Shown piece by piece: positions 28,001 through 40,300 of a stretch of 64,000 nucleotides of DNA (within the stretch, counting starts at the first letter, position 1; every line of letters begins with the position of its first letter). The stretch is from contig OZ249451.1 in assembly GCA_965235115.1 (NCBI GenBank), forward strand, positions 16,492,001 through 16,556,000, written 5' to 3'. The notes beneath the pieces are model-generated. The model was given only the letters and a program-made list of their open reading frames with translations. It had not been told where the DNA came from and searched no databases. Both the position numbers and the translations under genes were made by a program. This DNA comes from Laetmonice hystrix. Its lineage: Eukaryota.

Positions 28001-29669
28001 TTGTTAGTCCGGTCATTAAGGTGAAGGTCGATAGTAACATCAAAGTCACCCTCACAGTCATTATTAACCTCAAGGTCTTCGGATGATAGTTTGACATTGT
28101 TGAAGGTTTCCCGCCGTCTATATCGTGATTGCCATACCAATCATCTGCCACTATTTTTTGTTAAAAGAATTATCAAGACCGGGAAATAGGACCTTGGGAA
28201 TATAACAGAATGTGGATTCCATGTGTTTCGTTTCGATTGTGTGGGAGTCATTAATCCAGGAAGGCGTTGCCTGTAACAGGGATTGCCCATTAGTTACAGT
28301 TGGTTACGCGTTACACGGAGCTGTGATCACTACAACCAGCCATGTCGATGGCATTGCCCTATTTCTCACATTAACGTGTTTCAACTTTGGGACCACCATG
28401 TAATGCTTGCAGGCCTTGGAGGGATCATCCATGACTGTAAGGTAGAAGGTACAGACGTTAGGTGTGTACTACATGCTTAAAACAGAAAGTCTTATAAAGC
28501 TTTGAAGGTTTGGTATTTGTTAGGATATTTGTTTAGTCTGAACAGAAGACCAACAGGAAAACGTCACACCCCAAGGCGACTGTCACTCTCCTTCGGGCTT
28601 CTTAAGGTGACCTCCGTCCACCTCTATCTCACAATCCATCAGTCATGTATGTAATTATCGCTCACAACTAATATTAGCCGACATTACGATGATGATGCGT
28701 ATAGAGAGTCTACTGCTAGAGATACGCACCTAACCAAATATAATTTTTGGACTGGATTGTGTTTCCGACTGGCTCAAAAACGGTGGTGAAAATCAGGGCA
28801 AAGAGGTATGAAGGAAGAGACGAAGGAGATAGTGGCTGACCCGGGGAGGTCAGTCCAACCCCGCGGTCTGAATGCTGATTGGTTCGTGTCTGCCTTCCGG
28901 TTAAGCGCGCCACCTGCCGGGCACAACGCGCTCTTGATTTCGAATGCAGAAAGCCTACAGACGTTGTTAACGACTGATTATGTTAATATGTCGACGACAG
29001 GTGCTCGTTCCTTGGATCGGCACCGTATCTGGAAATATATGCGACTTTGTCTGACCATCCTAAGTTAGAGAGAAAAAGTTTACTTTGTCATTGGAGGGAG
29101 AGGAGAGGAAGGTCTAGCACGTAAAGGAGAAATGAAAACATGCACAGTGTTAGTCATTATAATAATGCAAAAGCTGGTATTCAATGCGAGAATTATAGGA
29201 TTCCCTATGAATGAATCAGCGCGGAATTTTTATTAACAAGCTTGATGATCGTAGTCAAAAGGTGAACGTGTCTAGAAGTGACCGACACGGCGCTTAAACA
29301 TATGTACATTGGCATGGACACGTCCCATCCACTGCGGGATATACTGCGTAGTTCGAAACAACCCCAGTCCGTGGGAACGGACCCACAACAACTTGTTTCT
29401 CTAAATCAAAGTTTGGCCACGTTACTGACGTAAAATGTGATGTACAGCGACCGCTCGACTAATGCTTGTGGCCACACGCAGTGTCCTGGGCATTTCCGTT
29501 GTTTATCGCTTACCGAGTGAGGAACGCATTGTTTTTGATCAAACGCTGAGGTTAGCTAGATAAAACAGGTCTGATTGTCAACATCTGTAGAGCAAAAACG
29601 TTAGGTATGACCTCCCTCCCACCTGGGGGAGGGCAAAGTCTACAACTTGTATTTATATTCATGTATAGT

Positions 29670-29841
29670 NNNNNNNNNNNNNNNNNNNNNNNNNNNNNNN
29701 NNNNNNNNNNNNNNNNNNNNNNNNNNNNNNNNNNNNNNNNNNNNNNNNNNNNNNNNNNNNNNNNNNNNNNNNNNNNNNNNNNNNNNNNNNNNNNNNNNNN
29801 NNNNNNNNNNNNNNNNNNNNNNNNNNNNNNNNNNNNNNNNN
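29670..29841. other. Assembly gap (172 N)
   Basis: Run of N; ORFs spanning it are artefacts. Confidence 0.99.
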
Positions 29842-31566
29842 TGCCCCCTTGCCAAAGGTCCACCAGTGATAAGATACACAAAGATGACCCCATCAACTGT
29901 GTTTGACATGGCGGATGTATTTTTATCCTATATTTATGTTACCGTCACAAAAGGTTAATTCCCCTATACTACACACCGATTACGTTTGTCACCCGCATCA
30001 TTTAAACAGAGAGCTGGATACCCGTCATTATACTCCTGGTTGTATGTCCCACTCTGTCAACAAACAGTCATAGAAATTCTTCTTTCCATAAACATTTCGA
30101 CAGGGGAGTTTTAGGTTAAATATAACCAAGATGTTTTAGTAGTTCCACCAAAAAAAAAGGCATTTTATTGAGATGACCTTTCGTTGATAAGATGAGTCTA
30201 GGCGAGGCCGCATTCTTTGCCATCGGGCCGGACTGATTACTGACATTTACATACGGTAAACGCCATGTCGGGCGTATATTTTGGAAGGTGAACTCTTGGC
30301 TAGGACTTCAAAGACAACACCATTACAGGGATGGTCTTGCAATTCAAAACGACCTGACACATGCAAGTGTAATTCAGCGAGCAACGGGGAAGTAACGTTC
30401 TCGTTCTTAGAAAGTGAAGTATTTCTGCTGGCAGGAGATAAAACAGGCCCCTTTTACTAAGGGGGCTACTATTAGGTATTTAGGAGGGGGCCTCGGTGTT
30501 TTTGGAAATAAATCATTTCGGGTGGAAAATTAGTTAAATAAATCAATTCTCCCTGGCTATGCCTGAAATATAATGTGTTTATAATGTAATGTGAAATAAA
30601 AAATGAAGCTCATGTGAAATAAATATAATTTTGCCATGAGGGTTGGGAAAAAATAATTGTAGGCTGACAGTAACATATATTATGCGTTCAATATATCATC
30701 TCAGTTGGCAGTGTACCAGGTATGGCCCACAGTTTAGACAGTAGACATACACAATGAAGGTGACAGGCCACATGATGGGCAGCGCCTTGTACCATGATCC
30801 CGGGCCGACTATCCTGCTCCATCTGGTCTCTGCTGTCCCCTTCCATCTGTACATGATTGCCGCCCAGATGTACACAAACATTCAGGCAAACGTGTGTACA
30901 GGCCTTTCTGGCAACTTTCACATTTGGCAATGGGCCTGACCACAATGATTTGACCTTATATGTATAATATATAGGGCATTATATGAATGTACAGTTGTTT
31001 TCGAACACCTTCTATTTTCTGTTCTACCATGATGATGATACACTGCTGCAGTTGTGGGTTAATAAAGAGCTGTCACTTTCCTTGCAAAACCACGAGAGGT
31101 GGCAACTTTAAAATTTCACGATTGGATGACGCCGTTACTGAATACATCTGGGTGCATCAGTTGGAATGCCTACGCCCTTCTGACGTACACTACGTTGAAA
31201 AAGGGGAACCTAGAATAAAACATTGTATCATAATTACCTTGGTAACTGAAATACTGAAAAACCGCTTCCGACTAACGGAACTTGTCCTAACAACTAATAC
31301 TATTGGATGCATAACAACTTATTACAATTGCCAGGGCGTGAAATGATGCATTATTCAGCTACATTATTTACATCCTCGGTAGTCTTTGGATGGCTCTGTG
31401 TGTACGTGGGCGTAAGGAGTGTAAATGCTGTATTTTTTGATGAGCACATGACAACATTGACATTGGCTCCAGACGATATAATGTTATGTTTCTTCCGTCT
31501 CAACAACCTCAAAGCGCGGGAAGAACTTTCACGTTTAACTCGGAGACGTTTATGCAACCTTGTGTT

Positions 31567-31583
31567 CAGCCGCAGCAGCAGCC

Positions 31584-31618
<35 letters not shown>

Positions 31619-31636
31619 AGAAGAAGGAGAAGAAGA
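31567..31636. repeat. Compound microsatellite: (CAG)n interrupted by CCG, followed by (GAA/GGA)n
   Basis: Directly visible trinucleotide tracts. Confidence 0.9.
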
Positions 31637-34600
31637 GTCGATAATCATTATCGTCTGACATTTTTACCTGCATAAATCTACGATCAGTGTCACGGTCGTT
31701 ATCACATTAAAACCTGATGTGTGACAGGCGCCGTCTGGTCTCAATATATTTGTTTTATCAAATCAAACGACTTGAGAACAGGGTTATCTCTTGTACCGAA
31801 CCCAAGGTCAAGACATTCCGTCTCTCCAGTGTTTACCATGCCATTATTAAAAGACACTAATTAGTTCGTCTCTCTTCACTCCGTGATATCCCAGGTGTGG
31901 GTCAAGTAAGACGGGTCGTGACAGGTGCGAGAGTCTAGGGTGATAACCACGAACTATCTAAAGGTGGAGGTGAGGGTTGGTATGTAGACAGGCGTGCCAG
32001 GACCCACCTGTCTACTGAAGCAACTAACAGGCCGGGCCCAAGGAAGAACACGCCGCGAGTTGGGATCATGCTGGGTACACCAATGCTGGGTACCAGCATA
32101 GTGCGCCCCTAACAGGTTTTTTTCGCTCTTAGCGCGGCTAACAACCGTATTGATAGGGTTGGGTATATTGGGCAATCGTCTGGCCAGTTTTATGTAAAAC
32201 ATGTTTACAACACTTTTCCTTATTTTAAGCCAACGCTGATTGGCCAAGGTAAGGTACTAAGTGTACACCTTGCTTAGATTATCGTTTATTGTTTATTCAA
32301 GCAGAGTATATTGTATTCCCAAAGCTTATCCAGATTTACTGTGACATACGACATGAGGCCAACGCGCATGCCCAATGGTAGCCGGATGTGTGACGTTTTA
32401 TCGGGAAGAGCCAATCATCTGCCAGTGCTGTACAGCTGTACAGGCTTCAGCCATTTTCTTTACCTCCAGGGGGCGCTGTTAGCTCAAACATGCACCAGTT
32501 GTTGTTTTCTTTGGTTTGTTTGTCAGCAGTCCATGTGTACGTCGTATATTTTTGTAACCTCCTGTTGATAAGTGCACACCTTGCCTGGGCTGGGCTGGAT
32601 GTTCCCCGAGAAAATGCAGGAAAGAATGGTTGTCTTTTCTTGTAGTACCATGGCACATGGCAAAAATTCGTGCTCTCCGGTGAATTTACTACTCTCTTTC
32701 TATAAGGAAAAGAACACAGCCCCCACAGATGGTCCCATTTTCGTGCTTCTAAGGCGCTGTCTTAAGGCACTGTCGCCTTTAATACTGAATCAGAATTTAT
32801 CTGTTAGACCTAGGAGGCCAAAAATATCGATATTGTCGGTCAACACGTTGAAGATATTTTGGATTATTCTTCGTGGACAGCCAGTACACCAAGTTGTCTT
32901 GTAACTAACATGGGGACCGTATTCCCATGGTTTGTGTGGTATACACTGTCCATTAGGTCTACCTTACTCACCGTCACCGCCAGACTGATTAAGTAGACCC
33001 GTTGGACGTTTTGGCCCAGACGATAGCCAATACATACTGACAGGACCTTGCAGGGCCTAACTTTGACCAGACCCGTCACATTGCGTTTAACTTACATGTA
33101 CAACAATACCACCACAACCAACAACAACAAACAAAAGTAAAAAAAGAAAGTAGACCCTATGGTATAAGTTTTTTTTCGGGAGGGAGAGAGTTAACTCATA
33201 AGCAATTACAGTCAGTCGGGTCAGATGTATTACAGGGTTGGAGCCACAGGAGAACTTCCTGACACTAATACTATGATTGCAAGGCCCAACGAACTACCGA
33301 CTTTACTCAGTTGTGGTAGATTGCGGTCATGGCCTTGTATAATATGCTTGTTGGATAATAAGGTTTGGACGAGGTGTCAAATACCAGGACAAAAATGGCT
33401 GGATATGTATACGACGGAGAAGGCTTTATGTTGCAGTCGGTTTGTATGACTTTCACAAGATAATAGCCTTATCCCCGTGGGGTCTAGTAGACAATTGGTG
33501 ATTAGTCTGTCGCCATAGGACTGAAAGGATTGATCAGGTTTCAAAGAGACCCTTATCAGCATGAAAATGGGCGATAGTTGCCAGCAGGGTGTAAACCCTT
33601 CATTTTACATATGTACGAGCCATTTGACCTAGAACCACAACATTGGGACTTGGCCCATAGCAGTACGCAAGGCACGTACCAATAGCGCTAGTTTAGCTAT
33701 GTAAAACGTGCTGGAACGTTGGTTGAGGTATCGCCACGGTGTTCAGGTTTTATATGGGGACACAGCTATGGCACATAATTAGTCATCAGAATCTCGCGTC
33801 AAACGGGAGCCGAGACCGCAAATACAAAAAGTATAGTCCCGGAATAAACGCAGCATTCCAAAATGTTCGTCCTTTTGTAAACGGTCTGTGCATGAGCCTG
33901 CCGGGATGTCCTGATCACAGGAGGTAAAGACAAAAGGTCGTTGTGTCATCATTGTTTAGAATCAATCGCCCACCTCTCCTGTCTGCTTCCTCGCCTCCTG
34001 CTGCGTCCATCGCCCTCCCACCCACCCACCGTATACAAACACGGCTAGAATCCGACCATCATGACTCATGACAGCTTCTCTCCAAGGTGTTGGACAGTCA
34101 AATATGCCTGTCCTATTAAATAGATGGGTCAAAACACGATGGGACGATCGGTTCACAGCATGGTCCCAACACCAAACCTAAATGCACCCCTATGGCTCCA
34201 TCGGAAAGACCCTTGTCCATGCCAAGAATAATGCTAGAGGAAGCAGGTGCTGTTGTCGTAACACCCCCTCCCCCAAGTCTAATACTGATCTGGTGCCTTG
34301 ACTCGAACCACCCGTCGTCATAGAGACGACGTCCTGGCGACCTGGAAAACCCGAAATGCTCGAGTGGGCGTTCTGATATACGGAATGGTCCGACGGGGGA
34401 TCCCGGCATCTTGTCATGGTTAGCTGTGTGCTGGAACCCAATCCATCAAAGCCCTGTGGAAAATACCGGGCTAGAATGGATCTTCCATCGACTTGTGCGA
34501 CCTTACATAAATATTTACCTTTGGGTAATAACAGGAGTCTATGCGTCAGTAGCACGAGGGTTGGGTTTCGACATGGGTGTAGGTGGAGGGGAAGGGACGC

Positions 34601-36615
34601 CTCTAAGTTGTAGGTGGACGTACGAGGTGGGCGCCTTGAGAGTTATGGGTGGACTGGTAAGATTCAAAATGGGACGTGATCAAAATCATAAAAGGTAAGC
34701 CACTCTGTAATTCGCGACGAGAATACCAAAATATTGGATTATAATGATTTGGGGCATTTCATTTATGCAAGTCCTACTATTTGGGGGTTACTTTCAGGGG
34801 AATCAGGACAGTAGATCTACTACGTAGGTGAGGTATTATGAGGCTTACATCACGAACGCCTTAGTGTACATGGTATGGTGTGTTCTCAAATATAACATTC
34901 CGCATGCAGTGTTTTTAATACATTATTAGATCCCGGTTCGTATTGTAGATTAGTGTTGGCTCCCGCATATCTTGCCCTACATTTTCGCTGTTTAATTTCC
35001 TCGTCACATTTAAGTCATTAACAAAAGCCTCAAGGAAATATGCAAGGAGACAGATTTATATATGTCCTGCATTACAATGGCTCAAGAACCATTCTTTTTT
35101 ACCATGTATACTCTGGAGTTTTGACTTCTATATGACCGGATTCTAGAGACATTTTATTAATATAAACTGAAGGAAGTAGAAAAGAAATATAATAACGACC
35201 TTTCAGGAGTTGTGCGTCATCACAAAGGTCGTTTTTGACTTATGGATCTTCATGATGGCAGCAGAGGCATGCATACTGATGGTGGAAGCAGTTTTGTCGC
35301 TCGCGTCAAGTCTTCACTCGACCCCTCCAACCTATATGTATAGTCCTTGACCTCGTAATGGTGGTCGTACCTTAACCACACTGTCACATGTAAGAGTAGA
35401 CCGAGTCTACAGACCTCAAACTGATGACTACAGGAACGCCTCATGGCTTCGAGTATGCTACCCAGTCCTCCCCCAAAATAGAAACTCCCTCATTGGACTT
35501 GAAATGTATCCCTTCACTAAACTACTATACGTAGTAAACCGTTTGAGATGGGGCAGTATATACCATGCAGCATTGCTTGCTGATTTTATAACGGTTCGAC
35601 CTTTGAGTGGTTTCTATTTGTAGTTTAAAGGCAATTTGAAGATTTTCAGGTTGTGAAGTGAAGGGATGTTTCATAGCAATCGTCTGTTATAATAAAACAA
35701 CCTCTTAAAACACATAGACACACAGAGTGTTGACGGACACACAGGGGTCGTTGTATAACCTTCCCCTTCTTAAATTTCCCATTTATTTGCGATGCATTCT
35801 ATAGCGATCAGAAGGGAATTCCCAACAAAGGTCAAATGTAACAAAGAAATGGGTCAATGAAGGACAAACTGATAACATTCCTTTTGTATACCCCACCCTC
35901 CTTCACAGTCTAGGCGAAAAAAAGACGAAAATGCCCTTCAAGCTTGGTTAAGTGACATATACCGCGGACCAGGCCGTTTATTTCTATAATAGGCCAATAT
36001 TGTGATAACCTACTTTGAGCTAGAAACGGAGAGCTCTGTAGAAATATAAGTACACAGACTTTGTTTTTGTGGAGTTACACAAACCGCAGTAACAACGCCC
36101 GCTTTAAGCAGACGGTCAAACACTATCGGTTTTATAGGGAGAATGAAGAAAGGCTTATTGTAAGACATATACATATACGCAATAAGGTATTCCGGTAATA
36201 GAGGCAAGGATATAATCGTGTGGCGGAGCACGTTCTGGGATCTTAAAACTTTATATCGATCAGAGTTCTTCTCTCTTGGGAAATGATTATCTTACAACTG
36301 AATGACCTGGCCATCGGACGACCTTTCCAGACAGAGTTGACTGGCCCACAACAGCTGAGGTGCATGAAATGCCAAAGTGTTGTTTTGAAGAAGTGGATAC
36401 TTTTTATTCTCATGCGGTCGCACCAGACGCTCTAAGATCAGCCGAAACCTGCATTAACAGCCGTGTTTATGTCGTGTTTTAAATACTTGGAGAACTTGTT
36501 CAGGCCCTAGGTACGCAGCAAGGGCAGAAAAGTTCAAATGTTTAGTTTGTATATATGTGCCTTTCAAAGTATTTCCCTTCACTTCTTTGATTTTCGTTTA
36601 CTTCTGTCTTTTCAG

Positions 36616-36687
36616 AAAGGGACTTCAAGGCAGAGCCGGGCCACCTATTCAGTAAGAATCAGGAAGGGTTGAAGACCTCTACGAAAG
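36616..36687 (+). other. Candidate small exon upstream of the giant exon, with two possible donors (36651 and 36687)
   Basis: Acceptor CTTCTGTCTTTTCAG| at 36615; donors CA|GTAAGA (36651/36652) and AAG|GTACGC (36687/36688). The 36-nt form is open in all three frames, so coding status and frame are unresolved. Confidence 0.5.
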
Positions 36688-37004
36688 GTACGCACATAAT
36701 GGTGGTAACCCGTCCCGAGTGTAGGCATGGGGGGTCCTAAGCCGACAATGTATATGTTTGGTGGACCTATCGTCCTTGAATAGTACTAAGAGTACCGAGC
36801 CAAAATAATATCCTAAGGTAAGTTACTCTGTCTAGGAAGTAACCTGTAATTTCTATATATATTTTATTATTATTGGACAAAGTAAGCTGTTTAGTATAAG
36901 ATGTGGAAAACACTATGCTAAAAGGACAACTGAAACGTACTGAAACATAACATTGGTGTACTTCACTCTTTGATATATTGTCCACATATTTCTTCTCCTT
37001 GCAG

Positions 37005-37319
37005 AAACTCCCTGCTGAGAACCACGTACACCGAAGTCAAGATGGCGCAGCCAATGGCATCCGAAATTATGTACAAGAAAGAAGGCAAACTCGGGATGAC
37101 AACATTGTCTTTTCGCAGCAAACAGTACACGTTTCCCAGCCTCATAGTAAAACCGGATATGTGCAGCTCCGACGACCCAAACGCCGAGGGAATGTGCGTC
37201 CTTCTCGACGTGGGTCTGCTCTGCCCCTTTTGTACAGGCACCTTCTCCGCCAAATTCGTGCGCAGCCATGCGCGGCTTGCAATTTCTCAGACTCCCACTT
37301 TCGATATGGCTTCCGGTGA
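37005..37319 (+). other. Second open reading frame (104 codons plus stop from the acceptor) overlapping the start of the giant ORF in another frame
   Basis: ORF track 36978-37319. From the acceptor in phase 0 it reads KLPAENHVHRSQDGAANGIRNYVQERR...KTGYVQLRRPKRR...RYGFR*. Confidence 0.35.
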
Positions 37320-40300
37320 GGCACAGGCAATAGAAGGTGTAGCAGCACAGCAGCCATTGGAGGGTTCCGTGCATCCCGAACATCCCCAATGCTGCTTCAC
37401 ACACGCGGGTACGCAGACACAACACTCGCATCCGGAATCTGATCCCGACTCCGACCTCGAGTTGAGAAGATCGGTGGAGAGTGAATTGGAAGGGAGTGGT
37501 ATCCACGTTCATATTTCTCCTAACAGACCTGGAGTGAAACCCAGGGTCGCAAACGTTGTCCCATTGGGTCGGCAAGTGGGGCAGCAAAGTCAGCACGGGC
37601 ATCCACAGCAACAGGTACCGCCGATGTTGTACCCAAGGCGAAGTCAAGGCGAACCAAGACCCAGGGCCCCGATTCCCCGGGAGGGATCTTCAATCTATGT
37701 CCAAGAAAAGTCCTCTCATTTCATTGTCAAACATGATGTGACCAAGAAACATCCACAACAAGCTCCCAGAAAGTTTCCACCCACGATAGCACCGAGGACA
37801 CGCCCCCTTGGAGAGCAAAAGGGGACGTCACCGCCGACACCACAGAGGCGGCCGACACGGCAACAAGATAGGCGGTCAAGGGGACCACAAATTGCAAACA
37901 GTAAAACAAAAAGAGTTTCTGCAGCAAGACGAAAACGTGGTAGCAGCGTTGAAAGACAAGAAATAGTGTATGAGGGGGAGAACATAGCTTCAGGAGGGTA
38001 CCTTGAAACTAACCTCGATGACTTTTCACAGAGCATAAAAGCAGAGAAAGAAGGGCAGCATCGACGTATGCCTGCCAGTGCTGTGTCCAATGGTGAAGGC
38101 AGTGGACATAGCAGTGACTATGGGAGCATGGACTCGCCGCGCAGAAAAGGTGACCATCGAAGGACACCAGAGTCGGAGGAACCGACAGGTGTTGTTAAAA
38201 CAGCTGATGAACCTAAACAGCAGGTTGTTCCCCCTGTGGTAACAAGGTCGGAGGAAAGCCCTCCAAGTGTAAAAAGTACACAACATGAAAGCTTAGAGAG
38301 GCCGTCCACCTCAAGATATGGAAAAGGGATGGATTGGGCCAGTGACTATGATATTAGACATCCAAACCACCCAATGAACCGTCTTAGAAATGTTCAGCCT
38401 CCAAGTAAAAGGACTATTCAATCAAATGCAGTATCTGCAATACATGCCAGTCATAATCCAAGTGAGGAAACTGGAAGAGCTCCGCAGTTTAGACCACGTA
38501 CAGTTTCAGACACTACAGAAGATATTCGCTTTGCTAACGATAGAGATGTTGACCCCCAAGACCCACCGGAAACGACAGTAAAAGAAATACTGGAAGAAGC
38601 AGCCAAATATATCAAGGCAGATGCTTCAGAAAAACAAAGACAGTCAACCTTTGAAAGGAATGAAACTGAAATCGTACAGATACGGACCGAAGAAACGATA
38701 TCAGATTACTCAGGTGAACAACCTGAGATCAAGCCTGACACTGAGGACAGTGTTGAACAGGTTTTGCAAAAACCTGTTGAACAAAGTATTTCCACTGAAA
38801 ACGTCGGAGGACCAATGTCAGTACCTGAACAAGTTAATCTAAAATCCAGTGAAAATACAGAGGTCCAGTGTGTTGTACAGCAGGTGTCCGAAGAAGAAAT
38901 GGACATTACATCAGAAAGCGTTTTCAGAGTTGTAGAAGGTGCTGAAGCTACATACGCCCCAGAATCCAGTAGCGATGAATCAGATACTGGTTCCGAGGTC
39001 GTGAGTGAAGTCTTTCATCCAGAGGAGACTGTAGATGAGATACTTGAGAGTGTTGAAACTGAGACATACAGTCCAAATTCTACTCTGAGTCGTGCCTTTA
39101 CTGGACCCCGGCGTAAAAGGAAAAAGAAAGCCAAACGGCATGGAAGGCCACCCGCAAAAGCTCCCAAGGAGCTGACGGACTATGAAGTCTCACAAATAAA
39201 TGATACATTTCCTGAATCAGCAACACAAGAAACGGAATTAAAACAGATTGAGCGTCCTCAAGATCCTAGAAAAGGGAAAGTTCCACAACAAGTAGAGTCA
39301 AAAGAACTCTATGCAGCAATTTCAAGAATTGTGGAAAAGAATTCGAAGCCAGAGAGTACTGGCAAAAGTGAATTGCATCAGGTAGTTTCACGGGTAATTG
39401 AAAGTGAAATGAGAACTCCCAGTCCAGAAACTATGCTAGAGGAAATCCTAGAAGGGGTGGGTACTGATGAAGAAACGGTTCCTGACTCACCTAATTATGA
39501 TAAGAAACATTCAAAAACAACAATGGCCAATATGGATTTCCAGACAAATACAACATTCTCTTCTGTGGAGCTCCAGCAATCCATAATGTTGCAAGAAAGC
39601 GAGCCTGAACATAAGAAAGTAATAACATCGAGGTCTTCTTCTCGTAACAGTCTGCAGACCACACTGACGTCGTTACAGGCACTTCAGACAGAGGCTCACG
39701 TCAGTCCGTCCAGCTCATGTGAGTGCTTACCTGAAGATGCCGCTGACACGGGATCTATGGAGAGGTCTGTTTCATCATATAATGGTACATCTGAGAATTC
39801 AGCTGATGATGATGTCAGAGACTCGGAAAGTTCAGAGTTCCACGCGTCAAACGTTGGCGCTGGTTCTGAAACGTCCATAGAAAGGATAATCGATCGGACC
39901 CTTTACTTGACCGACAAAATCATCGCAGCTTATCCGGAACTCGGGCAGTCAGACGAAAAAGACGTGGACCATGATGCTGTCCTTGCTAGCGTTGCAACGC
40001 AGAGCTCATTCTCTGATTCTGATGATGTCATTGATGCCCAGGAAGACAACATCAAGCATGCTCATGAAAATGTCCTCCATATCAGCACAGACAGTGGGTC
40101 ATCATCTTTAGGCCGAGAGGAACCGTACCAAGGTGAACGTGAGACACAGACCCCAGGAGTGTCAGCAGTAGAGCAGCCAGGAGAAGATGTAATAACAGGC
40201 GAATCAAATGATCCCGACGAGTCCTTGAACGATTCCAAAGAAGAAAACGCCGACAGTTTTAAGGAAGTGTTCGACAGTGAACTGTCTCTTGTGGCAGACC

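Noticed and set aside
29552-29958. ORFs containing X runs
   Set aside because: They span the N gap.
33960-34700. GC-richer segment with several overlapping ORFs, possibly a DIRS/LINE remnant
   Set aside because: No RT, RNase H or integrase motif could be identified by eye.
36970-37041. ORF-track start at TTG 36970
   Set aside because: It lies in the polypyrimidine tract of the acceptor at 37004, so it is intronic. The first ATG is at 37042.
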